Source: Raillietiella orientalis
Lineage: Eukaryota
Length of the DNA: 64,000 bases
Direction of reading: 5' to 3'
Assembly: GCA_036172245.1 (NCBI GenBank)
Contig: JAYWIR010000018.1
Location: 3,286,001-3,350,000 of the forward strand
Under the pieces are notes generated by a model, which saw nothing but the letters and a program-made list of their open reading frames with translations, ran no database searches and was not told the origin of the DNA. The translations under genes were made by a program, and so were the position numbers. Positions 37,001-48,299 of the stretch are shown here, in pieces. How positions within the stretch are numbered: the first letter of the stretch is position 1; each line of letters starts with the position of its first letter.

Positions 37001-40000
37001 CGCGATCGCTGGAATCCCGGCCGATCAAAATCTCATAAAAAATAAGCATAGTTGCTTATCTACATAGATTAAGCAACAAATTCATTTTAATGTACATAGT
37101 TATGCAACTTTATTAGCATACATAAACACACATTTATATTATTGGGACAGATTTGTTTGGTAAGATTCGCTGGCATACATTTTATTAGTAAAATTAATAA
37201 GTTGTTGATTATATTGTCGGCATATATATTCGAGACTATAAAAAAATGTACATTATATATTCACACATGTATTTATATGTATTAAATAAATATGTAAATG
37301 TCGAGTTTTTACAAATAAAAAAATTTTGACGAAAATGTTGGAAAAAAAGTAAAAATGCAAACAAATTAGATAAACAAAAAAAAGAAAATTTGACATATGA
37401 AAGAAAAAGATTTCCAATTTCCGATTTTATTTCTACCATTGTAGCTGTTAACTTTGAAAATAAAACAGGGATAGAGTATAGGCGTTGGCACGTAGGTAGT
37501 CTATAAGAGCTAGCCGACTTTCACGATCATTTGCTATCTTTTGGAGTCTTTCTTCCCGATGAATAGCTCCTTTTTTTCCTTTTAGGGCATGGCTGTCCTC
37601 GGAGAATGCGTGCGGCTCATTTTCTGTGTGACGTTCTCTTTTTGGAATCCTTCTATTATCCGGTATGCTCCGAAATGAGCATCCCCTATTAAATTGTCTC
37701 AGCTCCTGTGCCATGCTTCCACATTATTTTGGGCACGCGCAAGTCCATTCCTCATGAGCTCATATTCGGACCACAAACTCGGAGGAAACGGCCGTGGTGA
37801 TTGAACAGCAACACCGTTGCGTGTCTTTCTTACCCTCCCGTACACGTAATTGTTCCCGAACCAGTGGGTAACTTTGCTGCCTTCTTCCTGGGGCCTCATC
37901 CCGGAAGTTCCAAGGCTTTCATGAGCCCGCAGAAATGCCGCTTTTCAAAACTGATGGTTTCGTCTTCGCGGCATTGCGTGGCCAATCCATCCACCTGGAT
38001 TTTCCTCCCAATGCGCTGGGCTAAACGAAGGAGGCGAACTTTGCTGGTGGCACCTTGGCATCCACTTCCCGATGCCTGGACAGCGCCGAATTCCAAGTCC
38101 TTCGGTACGGTTGGAGAAATCAACCGAAATCCCATTTGCTTATGCAAACTCCACCAAATCTTCAGGCGAGCGTTTGTAAAGTACTTCGCTTTTCTTAGTC
38201 CCAAAGCATAAACGAGGGGACACACTTTAAAATTTTCGGATCCAACGGCAGTGAGAATAGTATACAATTGAAGAAGCACTGTGGAGACAGTTTTGAAATG
38301 CCTTCCATCACCCACATCGAATCATGAGAGGTTCGATTCTGAGAAAAATATTGGAAGTCGGGACCACCTTCTTGCACAGTCAAATCCCTAAGCAATAGTT
38401 TGCTCCTTCGTGACACTGCCAGGGGCTCTCTATATCGCCAAGTGCCTTTGGCTCAAGGGATCTTTGGGCTTTTTCGACTCCTGGTTTTTGACGAAGGGAG
38501 TTTTTTGAAGGCAGGCATGGTGCTGTGTACGACTTGTGATCAGATGATCACAAGTCGTACATTTCTGAATAATTTGGCAGGGGGAGATCTCTTGTATTTT
38601 TCTCGTCAGTGTTCTCAGTTCTTCCATCATGGACTCGCATTTGCAGAGTGGTCGCGTTCTCCGAATCTTAACAGCACATGCTGTCCATTTGACAGGCTGG
38701 TTCTTGCTCCACCGTGGTCATGAAAGGACTTCCTGTTTCCTCAGCGCCATTAACACTCTGCAACATTAATAGCATCACTTACACTTTTTTCTTTCACCAT
38801 TAAGCGTACACTTAATTTATTACAGCATTCTTGTGAGGGAACCTGTACTGCAAATACCTTAGATTGCGTTATAAGCACTTCTGAGGTGGGACGCGGAGGA
38901 ATCGCGCTAGTCGGCCGTGGTAGTTTACGTCCTGCAAAGAGTGTTGATTTTTTCACAGCTTCCAGACAAAAGGATTGACTATTTTCTGTTGACACAGAAG
39001 CGAGAGTTTGTCCATCTCGTGCGCACGGGGAAAGCCCGTAATTTCTCAAACAACTCGGCTTCAAATTGGTATTTATTTCGAGTTAAAGGTGGTTTGAGGA
39101 TGCAGCTTTTGTCTGAGTAACAGTGCACAGACACCAGGGAATTTATATGCAAGGGGATCCGATCCTCGGACTCCCTGAGTAGTTCTTCGAAAAAACAGGA
39201 AAATTCTCAATGCAATAGCAAGCAAAGAATGATCGTTATAAGCAACCAAAGCATCCACCAATTCGACCCATGTGGCCTTTGTTTTCGGGATTATGGGATT
39301 TCATATGCATCGCGAGGCTTCCGACTGGAGTTTGTGATAATGAAAGTCAGCCAACTCTTATGGACTACCACCGTGCAATTCCCATAATCTATCCCTGTTT
39401 TCTTATTAGGGTTAGCAGCTACAAAAATACAAGTAAAGAGGACAATGAAAATAAAACAGGGTTCCCAAAGTCCCAAGGGGGCTTTTCCCACCTTGCGTCC
39501 TTCCTTCACACTTCCTTTTTTGTTTTTTTTATATTTTGCACTTTTTTTAACTGTCAGGGTTATCCCCTGTTTTTGAAAGTTCGATGTTCATGTATTCATT
39601 AAATATATGTTTCTCACATGCATACATCTATATCTATTTATATTTATTCATATATGTATTTACTATATATTTATTTACACACACAAGTATATAATATGCA
39701 TACTGATATATATTTTAGTATTTATATTATCTATCAATATTGATGTATTTTATAACAATGTATATTTACTTTTTATAATCTTCAATATATATAAACAACA
39801 CAATCGACAACTTGTTAATTTTATTAATAAAGTGTATGCCATTGAACTTTAATAAATATATCTGTTGAATAATATTACTGTGATGTGCATATTAATAAAT
39901 ACGAATAATTATTCATATCAAATAATTATTCATATTGGTCTATGCAAGCGCATGTTTCTATTTTTTATGATCTTTCGGGATTTTGATCGACAGAGGCTTG

Positions 40001-40018
40001 AAGCATTCCAGAGGCGCG
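37001..40018 (-). mobile_element. Mutator-like (MULE) DNA transposon with long AT-rich degenerate TIRs
   Basis: Inverted homology: tggcatacattttattagtaaaattaataagttgttgatt...tatatattcgagactataaaaa (37171-37245) matches the reverse complement of 39770-39841. Outer ctggaat...gatcaaaatc..cataaaaaata matches the reverse complement of 39958-40011. A MULE transposase remnant lies inside. No TSD seen. Confidence 0.8.
37450..38830 (-). pseudogene. Degenerate MULE transposase (FLYWCH-like N-terminus plus MULE DDE domain)
   Basis: Fragments MGDGRHFKTVSTVLLQLYTILTAVGSENFKVCPLVYAL (cf. DGTFK..P..FYQLYTIH...PLVYAL), DLEFGAVQA, WFGNNYVYGR...FPPSLWS...ARAQNNVEAWHR, C-terminal LIDYLRANAYTL, and N-terminal LMVKEK...HDH. 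Multiple frameshifts. Confidence 0.85.
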
Positions 40019-40019
40019 C

Positions 40020-43000
40020 AGAACGGTTTCCGCGACTTTGCAGTTCTGTCTCCGCAGGTCTTCTCTAGAAGACGCAGTAGCGTTAAAGAAGGTGGTTCCT
40101 AGTATGTTGAAAAGATCACAGTAGACTTACTAAATTTTCTTGAAGGGGTTCCGGAAAATTCTGTGCACCTCTGCGGGTCCCGAAAGGTTTCCGAAAAGGT
40201 TCACCTCTTCGGAGAGCAGTGGCGATGCGCGAGGATCAAATGGACCTTTCCACGTGCTTCTCACGAAGCTTTTGGTGCACGTATCCATCTGAAGAGCTCT
40301 TCTCCCTCCTCTGAAGTTGCCTTTTCTTCTGGAATGCTTCTAAAACTATCCCGGAAGCCCATGGCAGACGCAGCCATGGTTCCCTCGGATGAGGAGCTCG
40401 AGGCATTCCTCATCGGTTCGAAGGCGAATTGGAAGCTTTTCACGGATGGCTGCCTTCTCCTCCGCCTCTCTTCTCCCCATCCCTGGCGAATCCGTAGGAA
40501 GATCTGTACTCATCCTGAAAGGGAATTCTGCTGGAAATGTTCACTGGAACGTCTCTCTTGCCTCATTCCGAGCTCTACGCGAGGAAGGATAGGAGATGAT
40601 GCCATTCCGGATGCCCGACCACTCGAAGATTCTCGTCCTAGAACGAAGCTCTGGTTTCCCCCACTGGAGGAGCACTATCCTTCTTTGCTTCCTTGTTCTG
40701 CCCCCGATAAAAAAGAGACTTCTAAGCGAGAAGAAGTCTTTCTTGAAATGCGAAAGCAGAAGGAGTTATGGCTCGAAGACTCCATCGGACTTCATCGCTG
40801 CCCGTCTCTGGCTGAGGCGCGCGACGGAAGACACACGTGGTATCCGGACATGTGCCTGGACACAACAGAGTCCCGCGCACGACGCGCAGTTCCCGTTCAG
40901 GCGGCTGAATTTTTCCCTTTCTTGCGAGGGGACCGGGACCGCTCGCGAGAAGCTGCTCAGAGGAACTCTCTGATGACGCTTCGAAGAATTGAGGGGAAAT
41001 GCCGACGCAGATCCATCAATGAGAGTTCGCGATCCGATTATCGTTCCAGATCCTGAAGCTTACGAGAGCCTTAACGAGCGCGCGGCGTTCCCGAGAAAAG
41101 CCTCTTTCTTCCTGTTACGGTGCAGGATGGGAGCTATCCCTTTAAAAAGAGAAGGGGTGGGGAAGGAAACGGAAGGAAGCGCTCGCGCGCAAGAGCGAAT
41201 AGAGGGGAGGGGGGAAATTTTCTGCATCCCATTCTATCCTCACGACCCCTGATCTCTCCACCTCAGCTTCCTTCCGATAGCCAGTTTGGAAAAGGAGAGC
41301 TACTTTCCAAATAGACACCTCTGCATCACTGAGATCTTTCTGGTGCCCGGACCGCGAATGAAGCTGCACCTCAGGCTCTCTGCTTCCCTGCTCCTCCAAC
41401 CTTTCCCCTCCGTAATCGACTGGTACCAGAAGGGTCATCATCCCCATGTCCATTCCAGATCTTCTCAGAAGGCGCCCCTAGGATGGCGAGTCCCATACCG
41501 ACCTCCTCAGCCTGATGCTAGCAGAAGGATGCATGCATGGCGAAGGTCAGCGGCGAGCTCCCGTGTTCCCTGGATGTTCTCTCTCATGATCTCGTGGGAA
41601 CAGAGCAGGACTCGGCCGCCATACGCCATTGCGATCCGAGGATTCTGCTACATCTTAAGACATCCTTTCTCTTCCTTTTCCTCCTAGCTGCCTCCGGCCA
41701 AAGGAGGGGAAAAACAGGAAGCTCTTTTTGACTTATTCCAGACGTGGGAAGACCATGGTCCAGAGGATCAAGATGGACGGTTGAGCGCTGGTAGAGGAAG
41801 AGATGGCGGGACAAGTATGGCATCGAGAGGAGAGGCGTAGGGGAATGCCACTCCTCCGATAGGAGCACTTCAGGTCTCTATCGGATCGATGCGAGCACGG
41901 TTTGAAGAACGCGACCCTGAAGGCAGGACCTAGAACTCCATGTCTTCATGGCCACCCTCCTGCGTCGCTCTCTTTTCCCGGTTTTGGCCTTCAGCGACTA
42001 CCTTCCGTCTCTCTAAGCCATACATGCTCTATGGCACCGATACGCTCCAGGCCATTCTCGCCCGCAGAACGAGAGAGTGCTGCAGTCTCCTGAGGTCACC
42101 AGCTTATTCCGCTATCCCCACCGTAGCCCAAGGTCTCGAAGGAATCTCCCTCGACAGGAGCTTCCTTCCTAGATTTCGCTGGGCTTTGCCGTCGTCCCCT
42201 GAAGTTTTGGAGCTCTTCCTCGAGATGGGAGAAGTGGAGGCTGGCAGAAAGGAAGGAAGAGAAGCGCAGGCCGCCCATCCTGAAACTCGCTCCGATGGTC
42301 CGAGGAGGGAGGAATCGATGCGCTTCTCGTACTCCTCGGCCTTGAATTCACCTCGACGACCAAGACCAACGGTATCTTCGTCAAGGAATGAAATCCTCTG
42401 CCTCCCTTCGCTTCTTCGAATTCCCTCAGGAACCCTCGGCAATGCTCCACGAAGCCATAACTCCTGAGGGTTTTTTCGAGAACCGTCCGGGTTTCGCCGA
42501 GTGTCTTCCTTCCTCTTTCTGGAAGAGTCTGAATTCCCCCAGACTCTCATTCCTCGATCCTGTTCCCTCCTCTCCTTTCCCTGTTTTCAGCCCTCTTTTT
42601 CCCTTGGTCGGCAGCATTGAGTTCCCGGATCGCCTCAGGTCTGAACGGAGAGTTCCTCGTGGCGCCATCCCTTCCCTCTATTGACTCTCAGTGCGCGGGG
42701 GATCAATCGAGAACTACGGGAGGGAGGGGTCCTCTTCTGCTTCTGCTCTGGGAATGGGTCCACGCGGGACTTCGCCTCCCTGGGAATCGCGGCCTCCATA
42801 CCTGCACCGTGCCAGCTTCTTCTGAGATCCGGCAACATCTGAAGTCGAATCTTTCCGTTTTACTGGCAACTGACCTTCTGTTTCGATGGTGGGAGATGCT
42901 CGATACTCGCACCTACTTGGTGCTCTCTGGGAGTGCGAAGAGCCTGCTGCTCTCCAGCACAGTAGCTCCAGCCGAGGGAAAGCCTCGCTTCAGGCGCAAA

Positions 43001-43150
43001 GATTGCGACCTGCACGCGTGCGGGCCTATGAGGTCACTCAGATTCCCCTGGACCTTGTACATCTCGTCCGGGAGCTCCATGCGGCTACTCAGAGGGAACG
43101 GAAAGGAGGGGCCTTCTAGGAGTCGCGCGGTGAGGGGGGAGGGGAGGTAA
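40020..43150 (+). mobile_element. Cluster of degenerate L1/Tx1-like ORF2 C-terminal fragments
   Basis: PWRIRRKICTHPEREFCWKCSLERL, FPRKASFFLLRCRMGAIPL followed by CIPF..SLHL, LFSRFW, and CTVPASSEIRQHL. Region 42095-42290 is homologous to the reverse complement of 56070-56250. Confidence 0.45.
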
Positions 43151-43650
43151 GGATTCGTGGGATGACCTGAGGGCTCCTCGCTTCCTTCCTTCAAGTGGCG
43201 TTTGGATTTATTTTTCTGCGCATTCCAAGAAGATGCAGATAGGCATGGGTGCTTACCCTGCCTACTCGCAACACCGGCAGCCCACGTTTTCACCCACTCC
43301 CTTCTTGCATGTCCTCTGGACAGCTGGCAGTCCCTGCTCTTCTCTGGAAAAGGCGGATCGACGGCTCTCTTCGGTCGCAAAAGGAACGAGGAAGAAGAAC
43401 AGGCGGGATGTGATCCAGCGCCTCTCTCTGCCTGCTTTTTTTCGATCCTTCTGGTCACTTCCCGGAGCTCGTGGGAGGCTCGACTGGAAGATGTCAGCCT
43501 TCACCTCCTTGCCCAGATCCGGCCAAAGACTCCCTGTTCCCCCAGTCCAGGTTGTTGCGTGAGGGACCCAAAAGCGTCTCCTTGAGCTGTCATACAGGGC
43601 ACGCGAAGAGGAAGCAGGAGCGGGAGGCGCCGATCTGCAAGCTTTCCATC

Positions 43651-43666
43651 CGCGCGCGCGCGCGCG
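43651..43666. repeat. Perfect (CG)8 tract
   Basis: cgcgcgcgcgcgcgcg, continuing as alternating purine/pyrimidine cacgca. Confidence 0.95.
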
Positions 43667-44699
43667 CACGCAATGCGGGGGCAGAGAGCTGCGATCTGAA
43701 GAATGGGCGGAATCGATCAGGAAAGGCTACTCCAGACCAGATCACGCGAGAGTAGCAGCTCACCCCTCAGGGATTTTCCCCATCGGCAAGAGGACGATGG
43801 GAGGGAAGGAGGAGGAACGGGAGGAAAAAGGGAGGAGCGAGACGGGAGGCGGAGAAGGAGCGTCAAAAGGAGAACTGAAAGAAGAGGAATCGGAGTCTTT
43901 GATGATGATGACGATGGAAAGGACAAAAAAAAAAGAAAGGATAAGACGATGTTAGTGGTGTTGCGGATGCAACATCCGATGCGACCCCACGCCTGAAGAT
44001 CCCTGTCCCTCGCTTTCCATCCTGCGTACCCTGGGCAAAGTCAGCGTTCATCTTCCTCTTCGGTTTTTTCTCAGGGAGTGCAATACTTACAAAAGCTGGG
44101 GGGTGCACTGATTCTATTCTTCTTCCTTTCGTCCTTGCGAACCGTATCCCAAGGAGCTCCTGACTTTCAGGTGTGGGCTCCGCTGGTTCCCATTTCTTGC
44201 ACATTCACGTCCATTAGCATTTGCGTCCGCTAGCAGAAAGTGAGCAGGGGTCATCGTTCCGGATCCTGGAGCTTACGAGAGCGCGCCGACGAGCGCCCGG
44301 CGTCCCAGGAAGAGCTTCGGTCTTTCTCGCTCGCAGGGAAGAGCAGGACCCCCTTGTAGCTTACTCATTTCCTTTGGCCTCATTCTTTCGGAACAGAAGA
44401 ACCGACATCGAACTCGACCTTCAGGACACTATTCCTTGTTCCGGTTGCTCTTCTTCAGCGTCTCTTCTTTGCAGTTTTCTTCTTTCCGGTATGGTAGCAG
44501 ATTGCACCTGCATTTTCATTTACTGCCCTCAGGTTTCCATGACAACCCACAGTGGCGGTTGATATTCTGTCATGGTGATGTTCGGAAGAGCCGGCTCTAC
44601 AAGGAGACGGAGCGCATGAGGGGAAACTGAGCTCCTTAATTTGGGGAATAGGCAGAGAGAGTTGCTGCTGCTGTCCCCGGTGCCGTTTTCATGAGGCAG

Positions 44700-45800
44700 A
44701 CTCCGCCATCTTCTCTGCCTTGGCTTGCTGATATGAGAAGTCTTTGCGTAAATTTGTTTACTTTGGTGAAGTAAGTTTTTTTTTTTTTTTTACACCAGAC
44801 AGGAAGCACAGTTTGTGGATGGACAGTTTGATTTTGGTACATTTTGGCTCATCTTCTTTTCAGCGATGTGGATGGGATGCTTTGAAAACAATGCATGGTT
44901 GTATCTAGCAATGCACTCTCAGAAGAAATAGGATGTTTTCGTCATTCTTGGAATCTTTCGTGCCTGTTCCTGATACGGAGGCAGACAGAAAATCTTCCCG
45001 ATCGTTGGGACAGTATCGCGGATCTTGGAGTCATAGCAGACTCGATCATCACCGTCCATTTCAAATGTTTTGCTACCTCTCAGAGCTGCCACCGATCCGT
45101 GCTCCCGGATCGGGTGTTTTTTTCCTTGCAATGGAAACAGGTCAAGAAGACCGTCATACTCGAGCTTGACCATTTCTCAAGTAGTACTCTCTTTTGCTCA
45201 TTATGAAGAGTCCCGCTAGTTTTCACCTATCAGGCACGTTTTCCAGACTAAGATGCGTCTTTCCTTTTTGCACACGGATGAGTATTCTTTGTGTTTCCTT
45301 TGCAGAAACATCCGGTGCCTTGTAGAGTAAGGGGACTGGACTCCACAACACATGCAATTCACTTTCGTCACTTTCCATCTAAAACCATCCTCGAAAATTC
45401 TGATGGAGCGTCTGAATCAGATATTTCTTCCTCGCGAAGAGGAAGCTTTATCTGGTCAGCTGACCTCTGAGTCTCGAAGCCGAGGTCTTCCTGTCGACAG
45501 CGAGGGTTTTCGCGGTTGATACTAGCCTGTTGGCTGAAGTTTCGGCGCAGCGCCGTTCTTCTAGAGATCTATTTTGTTGTTGTCTTCTGACGATTCGACT
45601 ATTTGGGATTGCGCTCGATCGTTTGGAGATACTCGACTCGATGGGTCCAATAAGTGTCCGTGTTGTGTCAGATGTTGAACAGCATCATCATCTGGTTCGC
45701 GTGTGGTCTAGGAATTCCCAGATCTTGAAAAACATCGTTCTGTCCAGCATTCCGAAGAAACGAAGAGCATCTCTCGACTCATCGATTTTTGATTTTCGAA
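44700..45800 (-). mobile_element. RLE-type RT fragment (paralogue of 49400-49730)
   Basis: Shared nucleotides ctagagatct.ttttgttgttgtcttctg...gctcgatc and catctggttcg.gtgtggtctaggaatt. Confidence 0.45.
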
Positions 45801-46199
45801 AGTGGAAGGCAAATGATGAATGGAAGAATACGAAGGTTATAAGTTTTTTTTTTTCACTGAGCCTTTTTGAGGGCTATTAGTGTGCAGCATGTGTGAATTA
45901 CGGTGGTGACTCGGTTCTTTCTTCTGATCAGGGTAGGGTCAAGTCGTCTTTGTGACCTGATTTCACCCTGAATCTAATCCGAAATAGGATCTTGTGTTCT
46001 TCTTCTCGTCCTCTTCATTGGTCTTTTTGCTCAGTTTTCCTATAGCCATTAAGATCAAGTGCCATGGGCAGTCTAAGAAGCAGCATTCTCAAATTGCAGA
46101 GATCGCTCGTCCAGTGACAAGACTGGTGATGGCGTTCACATACCACTTAAATCCAACGACTTCGCAGTCATTGCTAGCGAGAAACACCAGAAGAATGGG

Positions 46200-46800
46200 G
46201 AGGAAACTGTGATCGGAAGCTTCTGTTTTTATCGCAGCTTCTTTTTAATGCTCAGGGAGGTTAAATTCGTTTTCAGCCAATTTTCAGGTTATGAAAACTG
46301 TGGGGATCTTTCTACGCAGACGATAAGCCGTTTCCCAGAAATCATTTCGGAGATGGTACCGGTTGCAGGGCTGTATCGAAACTCTGAGGGGACCCTAGTC
46401 CAGGACCGTGTGACATCGACCAATAGATTCTTGGCGATTCCCCAGACAGAAAACAACTACATTCCGACGTATAGACAGATGGAGTACCGCTCTCCATCAC
46501 TGGGAAGAGACCTAATTTTGCAGCCAGAAGAACATCATTCACGCGGCTCTTAGACTTCGGGAAACTTCCTAGAGAAGCTGTGTTCTCGCTGCATCTCTAG
46601 GAAGTTTTCCGACTTTCTTGACGGCATCAAGAAGCGAGAAGATCATTTTACGGAATTACTGCAGCAGAAACTGGAACCAAATAGCTGTCGTGCCTTTTCA
46701 AAGCACCGAGGACCATTTTTTCGATATCCGTGATAGCATCATTTCAGGATCTTGGAAGGCTAACGCAAGCCGAAGCCTGCTGAGAGCATCTGGACGGGAG
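46200..46800 (+). mobile_element. L1/Tx1-like ORF2 C-terminal fragment
   Basis: FYRSFFLMLR...HHSRGS*TSGNFLEKLCSRC...EDHF, a zf-RVT-like order of motifs. Confidence 0.35.
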
Positions 46801-47699
46801 AAAACCAACGAGGAAAGCTCATCCAAGAAGGAGGAATGGATGGTCCCCTTTATGAGTATGCAAACAGCAATAAATGAAGTCCGATGAAAACAGGGAAATA
46901 AACAGACAGATTCAAAACCATCCAAATGCGAAATATGAATGGACAGGAATTCTTGCACGAAAATCGTTCTAACAAAATAAAGGCGAATTTTTTTCCTTGA
47001 AAATAGGGTACGACGAATAGGGTCTATGAATTCGTGATGATCAATTGATCCGCTAACGAAAACATTTCTTTTGAAGCTGTGAAACGTCCGACAGAGGCAG
47101 CTGCCGCTTAACTCAGACTTTCGAAACCTTCGGAACCGGGAATTGAAATCAAAACAATTTGATTCTGAAGGGTAGGAGGAGGGGAGGATTTGAAATTAAT
47201 TTCGGATTCAATAAAGGGAAATGCATCCTTGTCGTAATTAGGAAGAGAGTGCCGATCACAAGGAGAACAGATAAAGGCATGGTAAACAGTAACTGGAGTA
47301 AAGCATATACCCAAAGAAAATGTTTCTCACATCGCCGAACGGAAGAACCGAATGCTGGAGACAAAGCATCCGTGCTGTGATACGGAATTCCAGACGTACA
47401 CAGAGGTTGGATCCTCCTGGTTGAGTGAGAGCTTCTAGGACTTTCCTTGAGCAAAGCCGTTCCTTGTGTATAGTGAAAAAGGAGGAGAATGTAGGAAAGT
47501 GTAGGAAGCGAATGCAGAAATAATGTCGCTGACTGAACGTCCAGATGGTAGCAGGCGATAGAGGCCTGGAGTTGGATCCTCTCCGTAGGTCAACGTTCGT
47601 CTCCACTCGTTCTCTGAACCGGCACTTCGGAGTCTGATCTTCATAGGCACCGTGCATCACTGGACGAAAAACAGTGAGATGCCCAACGTACCAATGGAA

Positions 47700-48200
47700 A
47701 TTGTCCACACCATGGTGTTCACGTAATCTGCATGAAGTACATTGTCAATGTATACTGCAATGCATACTTCCTAATGAAGCAAAACTTGCACAAAGCACGA
47801 TTACGTCAGACAAAAGAAACAGAGCACATCGTCCTGGAGACACGTCGTTGTCACAAGAGGCTGAAGCGGAATCTGGCAAGAAAGGAATACTTCATTCGCT
47901 TCTTCAGACGTTCCCAGAGAGGGGAAGCTGAGGAACAGAAGTGGATGCACTACGATTTTGGAGAAATCTACACCCCAAGGCTTCGCTTACAGCCTAGAGC
48001 GGAGTTCACATCCTGTCGTGAAAGCGAGCTTAGGACACTGGGAAAGATCTGTGGGATGCCGTCGCTGAGAGAAATGCGCAATGTGAATCCATGCGACAGT
48101 GGACGCTCCATTAGAAGGTGATCCAGGGTAGATGCTAGCGCGACGCTCATCCATGGTGGACAAACGGACTGAAGAAAAAGCTCTGAAAAAGGGCTGGCCA
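47700..48200 (+). mobile_element. RTE-like RT C-terminal fragment
   Basis: IYTPRLRL...ELRTLGKICGMPSLREMRN resembles RTE Y..I.P.L.YG.E...LR.I.G...D..RN. Confidence 0.4.
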
Positions 48201-48299
48201 TGTCTTGATGCCGTCGATTTTCGCATAAAAAGCATATCTCTCTTTAACTGCTGGAAGATCTTTACTCCTGTTAGCTGAAAGGTTTTCCTACTCCAGGAA

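Noticed and set aside
39607..40068. Hydrophobic Ile/Tyr-rich ORFs
   Set aside because: Artefacts of the AT-rich MULE TIR.
40163..41056. 297-aa ORF as a host gene
   Set aside because: Non-ATG start and only patchy LINE ORF2-like motifs, so treated as a TE relic.
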